DNA of 59,552 nucleotides, filler included, from Blastocystis sp. subtype 4 (lineage: Eukaryota): the NCBI RefSeq assembly GCF_000743755.1. It is 2 parts of 2 records of this genome, joined end to end, with 100 filler letters (N's around TTAATTAATTAA, not from the genome) between each part and the next. Parts side by side here need not be neighbours in the genome. Positions count along the whole stretch, not along the records: positions 1 to 29,745 come from NW_014569425.1; positions 29,846 to 59,552 come from NW_014569424.1. One strand, written 5' to 3'. A model generated the notes under the pieces. That model was not told the DNA's origin. It did no database searches and saw only the letters and a program-made list of their open reading frames with translations. The translations under genes and the position numbers were made by a program. This document shows, in pieces, positions 27,078 to 39,408 of the stretch (position 1 is its first letter; each line of letters opens with the position of its first letter).

Positions 27078-27804
27078 ATGAGATCGATCTATCTGTTGTG
27101 TCTTGTCTTTGTCTGCGTAACTGCTCGAATTCCCTTTGTTAAGTACACAACGCAAGCTGATGATAAGGATCCCTATGACAGTAGCAGTATTTGCGTATAG
27201 TTATAGCTAGCTTATCATGAAGGCTCCATAGCCAATGGTGTTTTCTATCCGTTTCAGCGAACAGTGGTGATCAATGAGACTCAGTATACCTTGACTCCGA
27301 TTGTTCGATAGTAAAACTGAAAGGAAATTAATTATTCATAGCAATGAGACCCATCTTCATGTGAATGCCCAATTCCTCGAAATCAGTAATGAGGGGTCGA
27401 TGCTTCCAGAATTCAATATCGTAGAATCTGATTAATGTAATGATTGATAGCCATTGAATGGAACCGTAATGACAGTCCGTTTACACACAATGCCGTGCTA
27501 TCCTCATCAGGGAGGCTATTATTATCGCAACAATGCTACTGCCGAATATGGTGACCATGACAATGAAATTGTGGGTACTCGTGCTACTGATGAAAATGGC
27601 TATCTGAGTATGGATGTGTACCGACCTTGGTCAGTCCGTACTAGTGATGAACAATCTATTGTTATTACTTCTGCATCTGACGGAATTGTTTTATGTACCA
27701 ATCTCAATTGGACTTTGGTAGATGGAGCGTTCTCATCAGCAGTGAGTATTGTATCCCTTCTAGCTGTAATTGGAGTGCTAATGAAGCAAATGTTCTTTGA
27801 GTAA
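27078..27804 (+). CDS. Secreted/GPI- or TM-anchored protein with degenerate Cu/Zn-SOD-like fold
   Basis: Signal peptide MRSIYLLCLVFVCVTA. Core TVRLHTMPC..GGYYY..DNEI..TDENG..WSVR..SIVI..VLC and a hydrophobic C-terminal tail. Confidence 0.55.
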
Positions 27805-27833
27805 TCAGTTTGTTTGATACAAACATGTACTAA

Positions 27834-29545
27834 TTATTTCACAGACATATGAAACAGAATTCCATTGGCTTCCATAGCAGCCACTTCATTAGCAACATTG
27901 CGGTCTTTTAACAATTGCGTCCAATGATTCAACACATATCGATCCAGTACAAGCATTTGTCTCCACAATTTATTCCCGTTCACATTCGCTATTGCCTTCT
28001 CCACCTCCTTCAATCGCTCTTCCATCCATCGTTCCTCTCTCGCCATCATAATATCCTCTTCCCAGTAATGAGACCACACCACGCAGCATCGAGTCACTTC
28101 ACTTCGTCGTAGGAGGGCGATACATACATTTAGCAGATGGACAGTCGTTGAATCAGTGACATCTCCACACAAGAGTCGACTCCGTGAGGTATGGAATGCC
28201 TGCATTGCACAGGCCTCTCGGAAGACCACTTCTTTCTCTGTCACCTGCTTTAATAAAAACTGATTACGAAACATCCAGACATCAATCAACATACGAGTGG
28301 CTGGCTTGTATTGCCCCTTCCTCCTATCAACTTCTTGCATGGCACTAGCAGCTTCATTCCAATCATGTTTGTTGAAAGCATCCTGAAACGCCAGACTAAG
28401 AATGAATCCCATCATTTACACTCACATCCATCCATACACAGACGTCCGATCAGTCGATCCTTCTGCAATCAACTTGATCTCTCGTACTCTCTCCCAGTCT
28501 CCACAGAGGCTTAGAGCCCTTCGTATCATCACTCCTTCCGAGGGAGCATGTTCTAAAAGAAGCAGAAGGAGCTTGTAGGCGAAAAACTGTTGGAGAGTGA
28601 TACAATCTGAAGTCAGTGATGGTCGAATTCCAAACCATAGATGGAAAGGACAATTAGGACATGAAGGAAGGGAGGTAAGAAACGATTGACACAATGGTAT
28701 GAAAAGTGATGTCTTGATGTTCAAAAGAATCAGATCATAAGTGATGAAGAAGGCATCGTTGGTATGTGTCTGAAGGAACGAATGAAGAATAGTCTGGCAC
28801 TGGGAATAGTTCTTTTGTTGATAGCAGAATTCAATGTCCCACCAGTCTTCAAACAGATACAGCAGAGATGAAGGAGGAGAAGCAGCTCCGTTGAGGATGA
28901 GACGAACCATAGGGGACAGAGAAAAGACGGTAGCTACCGATGATAAGACTGATTTGGCTTCTTGAACTATATGACATGTTTTCTGGAAGTGATGTGCACA
29001 GATGAGAATGCAAGAAAGTACAGAAACAAATCGAATAGCATTTTCTTCTGTTGAATGACTCATTAGATAGTGAAGGACAGCTGAAGGTTCTGCTTGATGC
29101 GAAACAAAACCGCACCAACGAAGAATGTCCATGTAATAATAACTTATATTTCCTATCTAATTCTCATTATGTTTATGAATTCAGACTTGACCCCTTTCTC
29201 CATAGAACAATACCAAATTGTTCAAGATACACAGTTTTGTTTCTAGTGGGATATCCTTAATATCATATAAACGAAATAGAAGATGTTGCAGATCCAATTG
29301 AAGAGGGGTAGAATAATCTCCAGTTTCCTTCATTCCTTTGATAAGCAACTCATTCAAATTGGTTAGCAACAGAAAACGCTCCGAATCAGCTGAGACTCCA
29401 TTTTCGTCTTGAATGTGTAACCAATTCATTCTCTCAACGGCAAGTAGCTATACCATTATGGTAAATAGAACTAGCGGAATACCTCAAGAGCATCATCAAG
29501 TCTGTTTTCCCTGATAATGATTCGGATTTGTTCGTAACGAGACAT
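27834..29545 (-). CDS. Hypothetical alpha-helical (TPR-like) protein
   Basis: Three long exon ORFs (29181-29429, 28422-29132, 27834-28415) linked by short introns. Helical repeat-like composition. Confidence 0.6.
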
Positions 29546-29649
29546 TGTAACGAATCATTTAATAAAATAGAATGGCGGCAGCCACAAAGTGGGTACCGAA
29601 TTGTGTCACATCTCTATTCTCTGTAGATAATCATCGCAAACGCAACAGG

Positions 29650-29719
29650 ATGTCAGTATCATCATTCGAAGTGAATGCAGCGGCTGCTATGCGTGACTAT
29701 TACGTGGAGCCTCGTTTGG
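29650..29719 (+). CDS. ATP6V1B: V-ATPase subunit B, first exon (rest lost in gap)
   Basis: MSVSSFEVNAAAAMRDYYVEPRL followed by a GT donor. Matches the VMA2/ATP6V1B N-terminus (AVSRNY..QPRL.Y). Confidence 0.7.
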
Positions 29720-29744
29720 GTTTGTTTTAGCGTTGAGAGCAATG

Positions 29745-29844
29745 ANNNNNNNNNNNNNNNNNNNNNNNNNNNNNNNNNNNNNNNNNNNNTTAATTAATTA
29801 ANNNNNNNNNNNNNNNNNNNNNNNNNNNNNNNNNNNNNNNNNNN
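29745..29844. other. Assembly gap with artificial six-frame-stop linker TTAATTAATTAA
   Basis: N-run, then TTAATTAATTAA, then N-run, about 100 nt in total. Confidence 0.95.
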
Positions 29845-29943
29845 NGTGGTCTTCGTCACTATTGGAACTTGAAGGTCCGTGGTCAGCACACCAAGACCAC
29901 TGGTCGTTTCGGAAAGTCTGTGGGTGTCTCTGCCAAGAAGTAA
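29845..29943 (+). CDS. RPS18: 40S ribosomal protein S18 (uS13), 3' end only
   Basis: [31 protein letters not shown]. Not in the ORF track. Confidence 0.95.
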   Translation, partial: XGLRHYWNLKVRGQHTKTTGRFGKSVGVSAKK

Positions 29944-29994
29944 ACCATGTTGAATTAGTGAAAGGTGGTATTGGTTGTTTGTAACACACATACG

Positions 29995-31538
29995 ATTTCT
30001 TTCGTCCTTTTCCTTTCTTCCCCTTCTTTGACTTTTCCATATCTTCATTTATATTAATATGCTTCGCTTTGCGACCCGTCATCGACTGCATGTTCATTTG
30101 TTCGATCATCTCCAGAACCGACAATTCCCCGCTCTCTTCGGGAACTTCTTCAGTTGGTTCTACCATCATAGCTCGTTTCTTTTGCTTCTTTTGTTTCTTG
30201 CTACTTTTGGGCTGAGAAACCTCCTCCACCACTTCTGGTTCCTCTGTTTGTTCTGCAGCTGGTGAGTTTTCTTGAATAGGAGTACCCGACAGATCTGCCT
30301 CTTCCAACTCCAATTCTCGTCGCAACTTTTCCACAGCCTGAATGTGTTTTCGACTCTCTGGGATTAAGGGACGAGACTCTTAGATGCAATTGGATATGTT
30401 CATGATTCTTCAACTGTGCTTCATTCTTGAAGACCTTCTGACAAACTACACACTCATACAGATTGCAGGTTCCAGTCTCCTCATACACAGTATCATCAAG
30501 AGTAAAGGCTTTTTCAGCCTCTTCTGTCTTTTCATCACATTGTAATCAATTTCTTTACCTTTGTAACTCCAGTTTCCATCTTACTCCGTAATTCCTCTTT
30601 CCGTCGATTCTCTGCTTCTTGCTGCCGTTTTCTTGCTTCTTCTTCTTTCCGTTCTCGTTCCTTCTTCTCAGCCTCGATTGCTTCTGTATAGCGAGGATCT
30701 GTCTTCTTGCATAATGTGACTAATCGAAGCACAGTGGCGTTGTACTGTTTGCGAGAATCCTCTCGAGACTTACTGTTTTCCTTCTCCATAGCTCTACGAA
30801 CAAACCGGTTCGGAGCCTAAACATTAGATTGAACATCAATCCCCACTTCACGAACATTGTGGCGATCCGCAGAAGCAAAAGACCGACACGAGATAAAAGA
30901 ACTCCACTGTTTGTAGAACAACAACACTTCCTCTAGGGATGAATGCATGGACCCAAAGAGAGGTAAATTGACAGATTTATCACTTTGACTAGTTATTACA
31001 ACGAATCACAATGAATACCGTTCTTTCTCAAGAATCTCAGAAAATACACGACTATATACAGAATAAAAACCTTCTGAGTCATCTCCAAATCCGGAGAAGG
31101 CCATTGGATTGAAGAAAGGCATCATAAATGCACAAAAATCGTCAGCATCCATGGAACCAACTCCCATTCCACTATTCGCATTACTGTTCAATCTGAAGCA
31201 TACCTGTTAATCGAATCGCGATGTTCATCATACCAAGCACGTTCTTGGGGATCGGAGAGAATCTAATTACATATTTCGTTCATATCAACATATACTTCCC
31301 ACGCCCGTCCTATCATTTGAAACTGTTTCGTTGCTTCCTCGAGATTATCAGGATTCTTATCTCCACTTCAAATTCTCGAAGAACATAATTACCTGGATGC
31401 CATTTCAATGCAAGTTTACGATATGCCTTCTTGATGACATCAATCCTAACAATCAGTTGTTTGGAACTTTCAAAAGTACGTTGCATCCTGTTCCACTCCC
31501 AGGATTTCATAGCAATCCTTCATTGGGTGATTGGACAT
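29995..31538 (-). CDS. DNAJC21: DNAJC21/Jjj1 J-domain C2H2 zinc-finger co-chaperone
   Basis: DCYEILGV..IKKAYRKLALKWHP, GFGDDSEGFYSVYSRVF, RRAMEKENSK, YECVVCQKVFKNEAQLKNHE. Confidence 0.9.
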
Positions 31539-31604
31539 GGTAGCAAAGAATTAATTGAACATCTTTTTCTTTGATTCTGTTAATATTTGACCTATTCATT
31601 TCCC

Positions 31605-34600
31605 ATGGAGAGTTCAACGGATTCCAAAAATTCAAATGAACTGACAACTTTGATTCACCGTATTCGGGAATGGGCATCATCACAGCCTGAAAAAGTATGC
31701 TATTATTTTCTTTGACCTATGAAAGATTGCTCTTCGCTATTGTGATTCTGACGGCAAAGAAATTGCCGTTCTTTCCTACAACGTATCGTTTACTTCTTTG
31801 GACGTGAATCTTGTAGAACCTAAATAAGATTACGTACAAAATATCTGTTATTCTTCGAAACGAGTACAAGTTGAGAGCGTGCTGGTGATGTAATGAATAG
31901 ACTTGCTGAAGGCGATTTTGTGATGCTTGTCTATCCTCCATGCATAGAGTTTATTCTCATTTTCCTCGGTTGCTTGCGTGCTGGCATCGTTGCTGTTCCT
32001 GTATATCCTCCTAGTACCTATGTAGATTATCCTATTTTACCTTTTAGATCCTTCTGGTATCAAGAAGAACGTTCAGCTGTTCTCAGGGATTCAACAGAAT
32101 TGCCAAGCCAAGGTTGCTCTCTGTAATGGGTTTCGGTTCGTGTTTACATTAACTCTAGTTCCTATCTGCATGTGAAGAAGCTCACGGACATGAAATCATT
32201 CTTCTCTCGCTCAGGAGCAAATTGGCCAGAAATGCAATGGATCAATACAGACTCCATTACTGCTCTCAAGGACTTCCCAGAGGTCCCTGAAGGTGAGTTT
32301 GAAGTCATTTTGTAATGCTAAGATGAACCTGCTCTCCATTTCAGCCCTACCAATCTCTGCTTCCTCCAATACACTTCGGGTAGTACTTCTGCACCAAAAG
32401 TATTCATGAGAGGATTGGTGATAGAATAGGGAGTAATGATTACTATTGCTGCTCTCACTAACAACATGACGACGATCATTCGCTCTCTTCGTGCTAGTAC
32501 AAATGCCGTTGTAGTGAGTTGGTTACCTCAGTACCATGATATGGGTTTAATTGGAGCTGTTCTTTCTTTGTTGTATTGTGGAGGATCAGGCATCTATTTC
32601 TCTCCTATCGTATTTATCTTGAATCCTTGTTTATGGCTGCTTCTAGCAACAAAATACCATGCTACTCATCTTCAAGGCCCTAATTTCGCTTATTCGCTGA
32701 TTTTACGCCGCTTTTCGTCATTTGCCGCAAAGTCGTCATTGTCGCTAAATTCGATTGAACACATCTTTAATGCAGCTGAACCCATCGTAGTCTCTGTAGT
32801 GAAGCAATTTGTGTCAGTGTTCAGAGAATATGGATTGAAACGTGAAGTGATGACAGGAGGGTATGGTTTGGCCGAGTCGTGTGTATACGTGTGTGATGGG
32901 GGCCATCAAGCATTGACACTGAAGAGAGAGCCCTTTGAGAAAGAGAATCATGTGGAGGTCATGAGTATCTGGAATGAAGAGACAGGAGACAAGATTGTGG
33001 AGAAAGAGAAGGATAATTTGGAGAAGACAGGACATGCTATTGAACTGTTTAGTTGTGGGGATATTCATAAGAATCCTGAAGTAATAATTCGTATTGTTCA
33101 TGATAATCATGATATTGGTGTAATTACTAAACATTTAGATAAGAAATAGGAAGATAATGTCGGTGAAGTGTATGTATGTTCAACCTCATTAGCAGCAGGG
33201 TATTATCCATCACATAAGGAGAGTTTTGAAGTAAGAATGAATATGTTGTTTACTCTGTAGAATAGGATATCAGAGGATGAAGGTCATTTGTATTTGGCTA
33301 CGGGAGATTTGGGTTTTATACATGTGAAGAATGAATGATGGATTGAGAGATAGGAGGGACAATTGTATATCTGTGGGCGGTCTAAAGACTTGATCATTAT
33401 ACATGGTAAGAACCACTATCCTCAGGACATTGAAGTATCAACGTATGCTGTAAGTGATGTGAAACAGGGTTCTGTTGCAGCTATCACAGTAGTGAATTAT
33501 TATTGGATTCTCAATGTAGACCTTTCAAGAGGAAGAAGAACGATTAATTGTGGTCTTGGAGTTGCGAGAACCAAGTCGAAGTTCTGATGAATACGCTCGT
33601 ATAACGAAAGAGCTTCAACGTGTGATCTCAAGTGATAATGGAATTAGTTTGTATGAATTGGTCATCGTAGCACCCAAGACAATCCCAAAGACTACCAGTG
33701 GTAAGATAAGTCGATCTCGTGTGAAGAAGGAGTACGAAGAAGGAACTCTTTCTATTGTGTACAGTCAACGATTCAGTGGAGAAGAGGAATCTGTTACTCA
33801 GACATTTGAGATTGAAAATCCTTCTTCTTCTACTAGAAAGACCCTTCTGACTGAATTAACTCCAATTGATGAACAGGTCTCACAACCTGATACTGAAGAG
33901 ATCCTTCTTCCTTCCCAACTTGATCAGCAGAACACTGTACTTCTGAATATGAAAAATGACCCGAATAGTGTGAGCTTCATGGTGAGGAACTGGAAAGCGT
34001 GCTATTGGAGGATGTGTGTTATCTATGTGGCATTCAATCCTACACTGTGTCGATATCCTAAAATACCCCAAATTTTGGATCTTTAACAATCAAACTACAG
34101 ATTCACTGGAGATGATGTCATTGGATTCACTAAAACGAGCTCAGCTTAGAAGCATATTAGAACAGTATTATGGAGCTGAAGTGGAACCTGAATTCATTTT
34201 TGATGTCAATACAACATTTGATGCACTTGTGCAAAAAGTGGATGTAGGAGAAATATGGGGATCTGACCAGTAGGCTCAGAAGAATCGGAAACCCATTATT
34301 CGGGAAGTGACAATGGATATGAGTGACGGAAATGGAGTGACTTCGGTGAAACAAGTGAATACGTATACCCCTCCTGAGAGGACATTCTGTCAGAAGTTCT
34401 GTTGTCAAATTCGATAAGTTAGTGTTTGTTAGAATCATCATGGACGTTATCGATTCTTGTCTCCAGTAATTGTTGTGGATTGCCGTGAATTTGGTAGACT
34501 CTTTAAGAAACTGGCAGATGACGGACGGTTCGTGAATTGTGCTATCTATGCAGATCCTGTATTTATGAAGGTTACGGTATCTTGAGTTGATTCCTCATAG

Positions 34601-36680
34601 ATCTTTTCCAAATGCTACTATCTACAACCCGTTCTTTCTGCACAAGGAGAACCAATATTTTCTTTTGAAGAATCATGTATACAACAGATGTAGTTGTGTG
34701 AAATCCTAGTGGATCGAAAGCAAGAAGTGTTTTCACAGTGGATGATGATTCCAAAGGCCTTTATGACAGATAATATGAAACTAGAGAAACAGAAGTATAC
34801 GAAAATTGCTGTATTTCTTTCATCACCGTTTGCGATGATCAAGGATAAAGTGATGAGTTTTATCGCTCTAAATCGGTCTACGCCAATTGATATCTATTTG
34901 AGTTCTGATAGCGATCTTATTATGAACAATAATGTCCAGTCGGTGAGTATTCAACAGAATGTTGATCGTCTTATTTCACCACTTGTCTCTGTTGTCGATT
35001 ATATCAATTCTGCGTCTGTCCACGCATACAGTCTCAATCTCAACTCCATTCCTCTTTTCTACTGCAGCTACGCACGAACCGGTCTTGTAATGCTCACAGA
35101 TGCCGTTAGGATTGTATTTGTTGTTAATCCCTAGAGTTTCAATATTGAGTTATATAACCAATCGGATGGTATTTCTACCATGTTCTGTTCATCTATAGAA
35201 CAATGCGCTATCTCAATTCTGCGATGTCTCAATTCCTATGGCTTGAATGTGAACGAATATATTTTCTATTTGGGAACAGATCGACCTTTCAAAGTCGCTT
35301 CCATTCTTCAAGATTACTATCAAGTAGGTTAGAACAGATTTCGTCAGTGTATAGTCGAGGGCGGACAATAACGGATATTCGTTGATTATTACGGATCATA
35401 GTTCGGATCTTCTCTCTCCTTCACAGCATCTCCTTCATCCTGACATCCTTGCATTTCTTCATGTTGTTGGAATCTCAACTGATTCTTGTGATTCATCAAT
35501 TGCTTTTTCGTCCAGTGAAAGTGATGTAGGAACAATCCTAAAGGAATTCTTGAAGAACGTGAAAAGTATTGATTCAATTCCTAAGAATGCATTTTTAGTC
35601 ACTGTTGCACACTATTTGGAGGATGTTTCACTCTTTTTCATTAATGATGTGTAGATTTGTTTAGAGGAAGGAGTGTCATTCGAGAAACGAGAATTGAAGG
35701 AAATGTCATCAGTTGATACAATTGTTACATATATTACGAATCTCAATACGCAAGTCAAGAAGGATAAAAACGTTGCTTACTATGAGACGACTTCGTTTAT
35801 CGATCGTTATCTGACTATGTTTGAAGCAGAGTCCAGTCGACCGTGCAAACATGATTTCTTCAACACGATTTCTAATCGGCTCTCAGATACGGTTCTCTTC
35901 TTCCAAACTCCATGTTCTCACTGTGGAGCACTTCCTACGCTTCAGGAATTGGTGGAATTGTTGCTGATCCAATCAGCAGCTGTAAGTATCTCTGTTCTCA
36001 CTGATCTTCAGGGCATTCTTGATTCTAGCTCAGTAGAAATGGTTTTGAGTTCCTGCTGTCAGAACAGTGATTATCAACAATTGTGTCAAGTCAATCGTAT
36101 TATTTCTGCAGACCAACTCTCTAATTTGCAGTCAACATCTCCAGAAGTAGTTCAGAATGCATGCAGGAGTATTTGTTCCCCGGAAGGTCCCTTGATGCAG
36201 ATCTTAGAGTGTGCCATTTCGCATCGTAACCATCTCCACTCATCGTATTTCAAACATTCAATGGGCCATTTCGTTCACTTTTCCTTCTTTTCTCATTTTT
36301 TAGATTTGTGATGTATTGGAATGCTCAGATGAACCAACAAATGCGTCCAAAGATCCCAATATCGTTTCAAACAGTGACATTTTCTCAACCAAAGTGCCCA
36401 AACCGGTTCAGCCTCAACAAGGATACTTTTCGTTTTTCAAATCGTTCATTTCGGTAGAACGAGAGAGCATTTGCAAAGATCGGGAAGGAATTGTTCTGGC
36501 CTGTTTAGATGGCTTAAGTGACTATGAAGTTCTTGATCTTTTGATTAAAATGAAGCAGATCAATGATTCCAGTGTCAAAGATGTCGTTGTAGCGATTGAA
36601 TTTGACCTTGTAGTTAATTGTATGCTCTTTTTCATATGATCAACGTATCAATCTTCCTGATATCTTTAGGATTTAGCGTT
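31605..36680 (+). CDS. Fatty acyl-AMP ligase (FAAL)-like adenylation domain + carrier (ACP) domain + uncharacterised C-terminal region; may be more than one gene
   Basis: FLQYTSGSTSAPK, SWLPQYHDMGLIG, GYGLAE, ATGDLG, GRSKDLIIIHGKNHYPQDIE, PKTTSGKISR. Carrier motif MSLDSLKRAQLRSILEQYYG. Confidence 0.8.
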
Positions 36681-36919
36681 TCATACTGTTTGATCAAAAT
36701 CACGACTTCTTTTGACATGGATCGAAGGTTTGTACGGATCACCATTCTATCACCAAGGGATAGAGAACCTAGGATACAAACAATACCCAAAAGATTATCG
36801 AACAACGATGAAGTTTTAAACTTCTACAATTCGTTCAACCATCACAGCAGCATGAAGACCAGATTCTTCATCGAAAGAATCCAGTTTTGAGAGAAATGAT
36901 GTTATTGCATGAGAGGATA

Positions 36920-37775
36920 ATGGAAGGCAACAACCGCGGTTATGACGTTTCTAAAAGAGAGGTACAGCGGATATCCGTTTCCAACCATTTGATGTCATAT
37001 TTTATATTGAGTGATAATGGAGAACAGTTCTATTGATTTGAGTACTCTTCCTGCTTGCTATTCCAAGAAGAAAACTCGGAAGTGTTCTTCTTGTAAATGT
37101 TTGAAACCTATGGACCAGTTCCTTCCTATTGTAATCAATAAGAAAACTGTGATCCCTAAAACCTGCCAATATTGTAGATCGAGACGGAACAGCTATTACT
37201 GGAGTATCGATTGATACCGGTAGTCACTGCTAGATTTCGAGTCGAAGAAGACGAAAGTGGATAATCCAGCTCGTTCTCAACCACATTTGGCTCCCATGAA
37301 AGTTGGTTACTTGGAGAATCCTTCGATGGTTGCGCAGACACCTAAAGTGGTTGCTCCTGCGGATCCAGTCCCAGCGCCTCTTCCCGAGTATCCTGTTCAG
37401 CGCACCTCTGTAAAGCGAGAAATGGCTACTCCAGAACAGCTCCCATTGGATGCATTTTCTCTTTCAGCTCCTATTATTGGAATGGATGATGATATGAACA
37501 AGTGTGCCGATGAGTTACATTCGATGAATGACTATGATCAAATTACGAAGAAGGTTGTGAATGCTGTGGAGATGGAGCTTCCTGAGAGTATGGATGTGAA
37601 CGATATCATTTTTGAACTTCAACGACAGACCGTTCAGAATATGATGGATGAACTCGTTAATATCAGTGACATTTTGGCTGCAAGTCAGTTGGACGCATTT
37701 AGTAATGCAGAGGCGGAATTGCCTCCCATGGACGATATTGATGCTTTCCAATTGCCTATTGAGAATGTGATGTAA
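36920..37775 (+). CDS. Hypothetical C4 zinc-finger protein with acidic C-terminus (possible transcription factor)
   Basis: RKCSSCKCLKP..KTCQYCRSRR followed by a Pro/acidic region. Confidence 0.55.
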
Positions 37776-37829
37776 TCACGTTGTCCTTTATGTGTGTAAT
37801 CTATTGTGTAAGTGTTTGTATCAAACAAA

Positions 37830-39377
37830 TCACTTGGACTTCACAATGGAAGGCTGGTATTGTCGTTCAATGTAAAAAGAGTTGAGGATGGTTGGATTGA
37901 CCGACTGACTCACAATCCGCTTCAGATTCCAAAAGGTATTCGTATGCAGATCGACATGTACATCTTCAGTACCTAGATCAATGAGGTGAACGCGGTTACA
38001 GTTGAAAAAGGATTCGTTGAAGAATTCCAACTCTTGCAGCAAAGGCAAATCTATTTCTCATCAAATACTTTCTCATACTTCTGAATACTGCGTTGGCTGC
38101 CTTTCTATTGTAATTACAAAAAGAATGATTTCCGAAACGAAGATGATGAAGATTCGCACAGTCTACTCTAAGAGGAACTGAAAGTAACTACCTTCAATTT
38201 GAAATGCATAAGAAAAGTAAAAGGAATAGTTTCCAAATTCACATGTCTCAAGAGAAGGAAAATGACGAATATGAACAGTTGGACACCAAAAGAAACTCCA
38301 AGATCCTTGTTCAAATTGTTCTTCTTCCGAAACAATCCCAATTCGAAGGGTTCTCAGACTAGGCAGATCGAACATGGTAAATGAGAGAAACGAAGAAAAA
38401 CAACCCTCTTCGCAATAAAATTCTGTAAGAGAAGGGCAGTTACACACCTTCAAGGACTGACGGTTAATCTTGATCTCTCGTGGATTTGGTTCTGTCCAAG
38501 GATTATTATCCAATCGATTACAACTTGTAAATGAATCCTTTTCAATAACAACAGAACGAAGAAATCGCAAATCCTTAATCATAAATCCTCTCACTTTTGG
38601 AAAGCAGTTGCTTCCAATATGTAGTTCAACGAGTTGTGTACATGAACTCATATCAAAAACACTTACTTCATCAGTTCCATAATTCGATTCGATTTGGACA
38701 ATCTTCACAAAAGAGTATAGGAGAAGGGGATCATTCGGAAAATACACTAAATGTTCTCCAATATCCTTTCCTGCAATCATGATTGAGGTATTCGTATGAT
38801 CACCATGATAATCAAAATGTTCAACAGGACCGTACAACGCATCATGAAACCAATATCCCTCAATAGAAGGCACGAGCTCCTCTCCTGGAAGATCATAATA
38901 GACTGTTCCAAAACCACAACGTTCATCATCAACGCACCATCCAAAGTAACAAGGATTATTACTTTCAGAATAGATCATCCCTCTTCCATATGCCTTACCA
39001 TCTCGACAAGGGCCTTCCCAACGAGAACCATCTGTAGCATCAATGATCGAATGTGCATATTCATCTATACAGAAATCAACTTCACCCACAAGAAAATCAT
39101 CACAGAATGTTAATATGCTAACAAAACTACCCTTCTTGACATCATAGAGATAACCCTTCCCATGCATCTTTCCTTTGGACCAATTACACAACAAAGTATG
39201 TGCCAATACATCATGATCGTCATAATAATAGACAATTCCCCGTCCATCCTTATAAAAACGATTAATAGGGCAGTATTCGATCCGATTAGCAGATTTGATA
39301 ATATCCTGACTTTTCAACTCATGCTTTTCACTGCAATTGGAATAACTAACTTGATGACCACTCGCTACTCGAACCAT
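37830..39377 (-). CDS. MORN-repeat + leucine-rich-repeat protein
   Basis: WSKGKMHGKGYLY, WEGPCRDGKAYGRGMIY and GWCVDDERCGFGTVY (MORN). LVELHIGSNCF, LRSVVIEKDSF and LPSLRTLRIG (LRR). Confidence 0.8.
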
Positions 39378-39408
39378 TCATTCATACAGTGATAAAGGAT
39401 CCTGAACA

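Noticed and set aside
29790..29801. TTAATTAATTAA palindrome between N-runs
   Set aside because: Artificial six-frame-stop scaffold linker, not biological.
29798..29994. DNAJC21 ORF extending into the gap
   Set aside because: The extension is antisense to RPS18. The gene most likely ends at T29995, 4 nt before TGTGTGTT.
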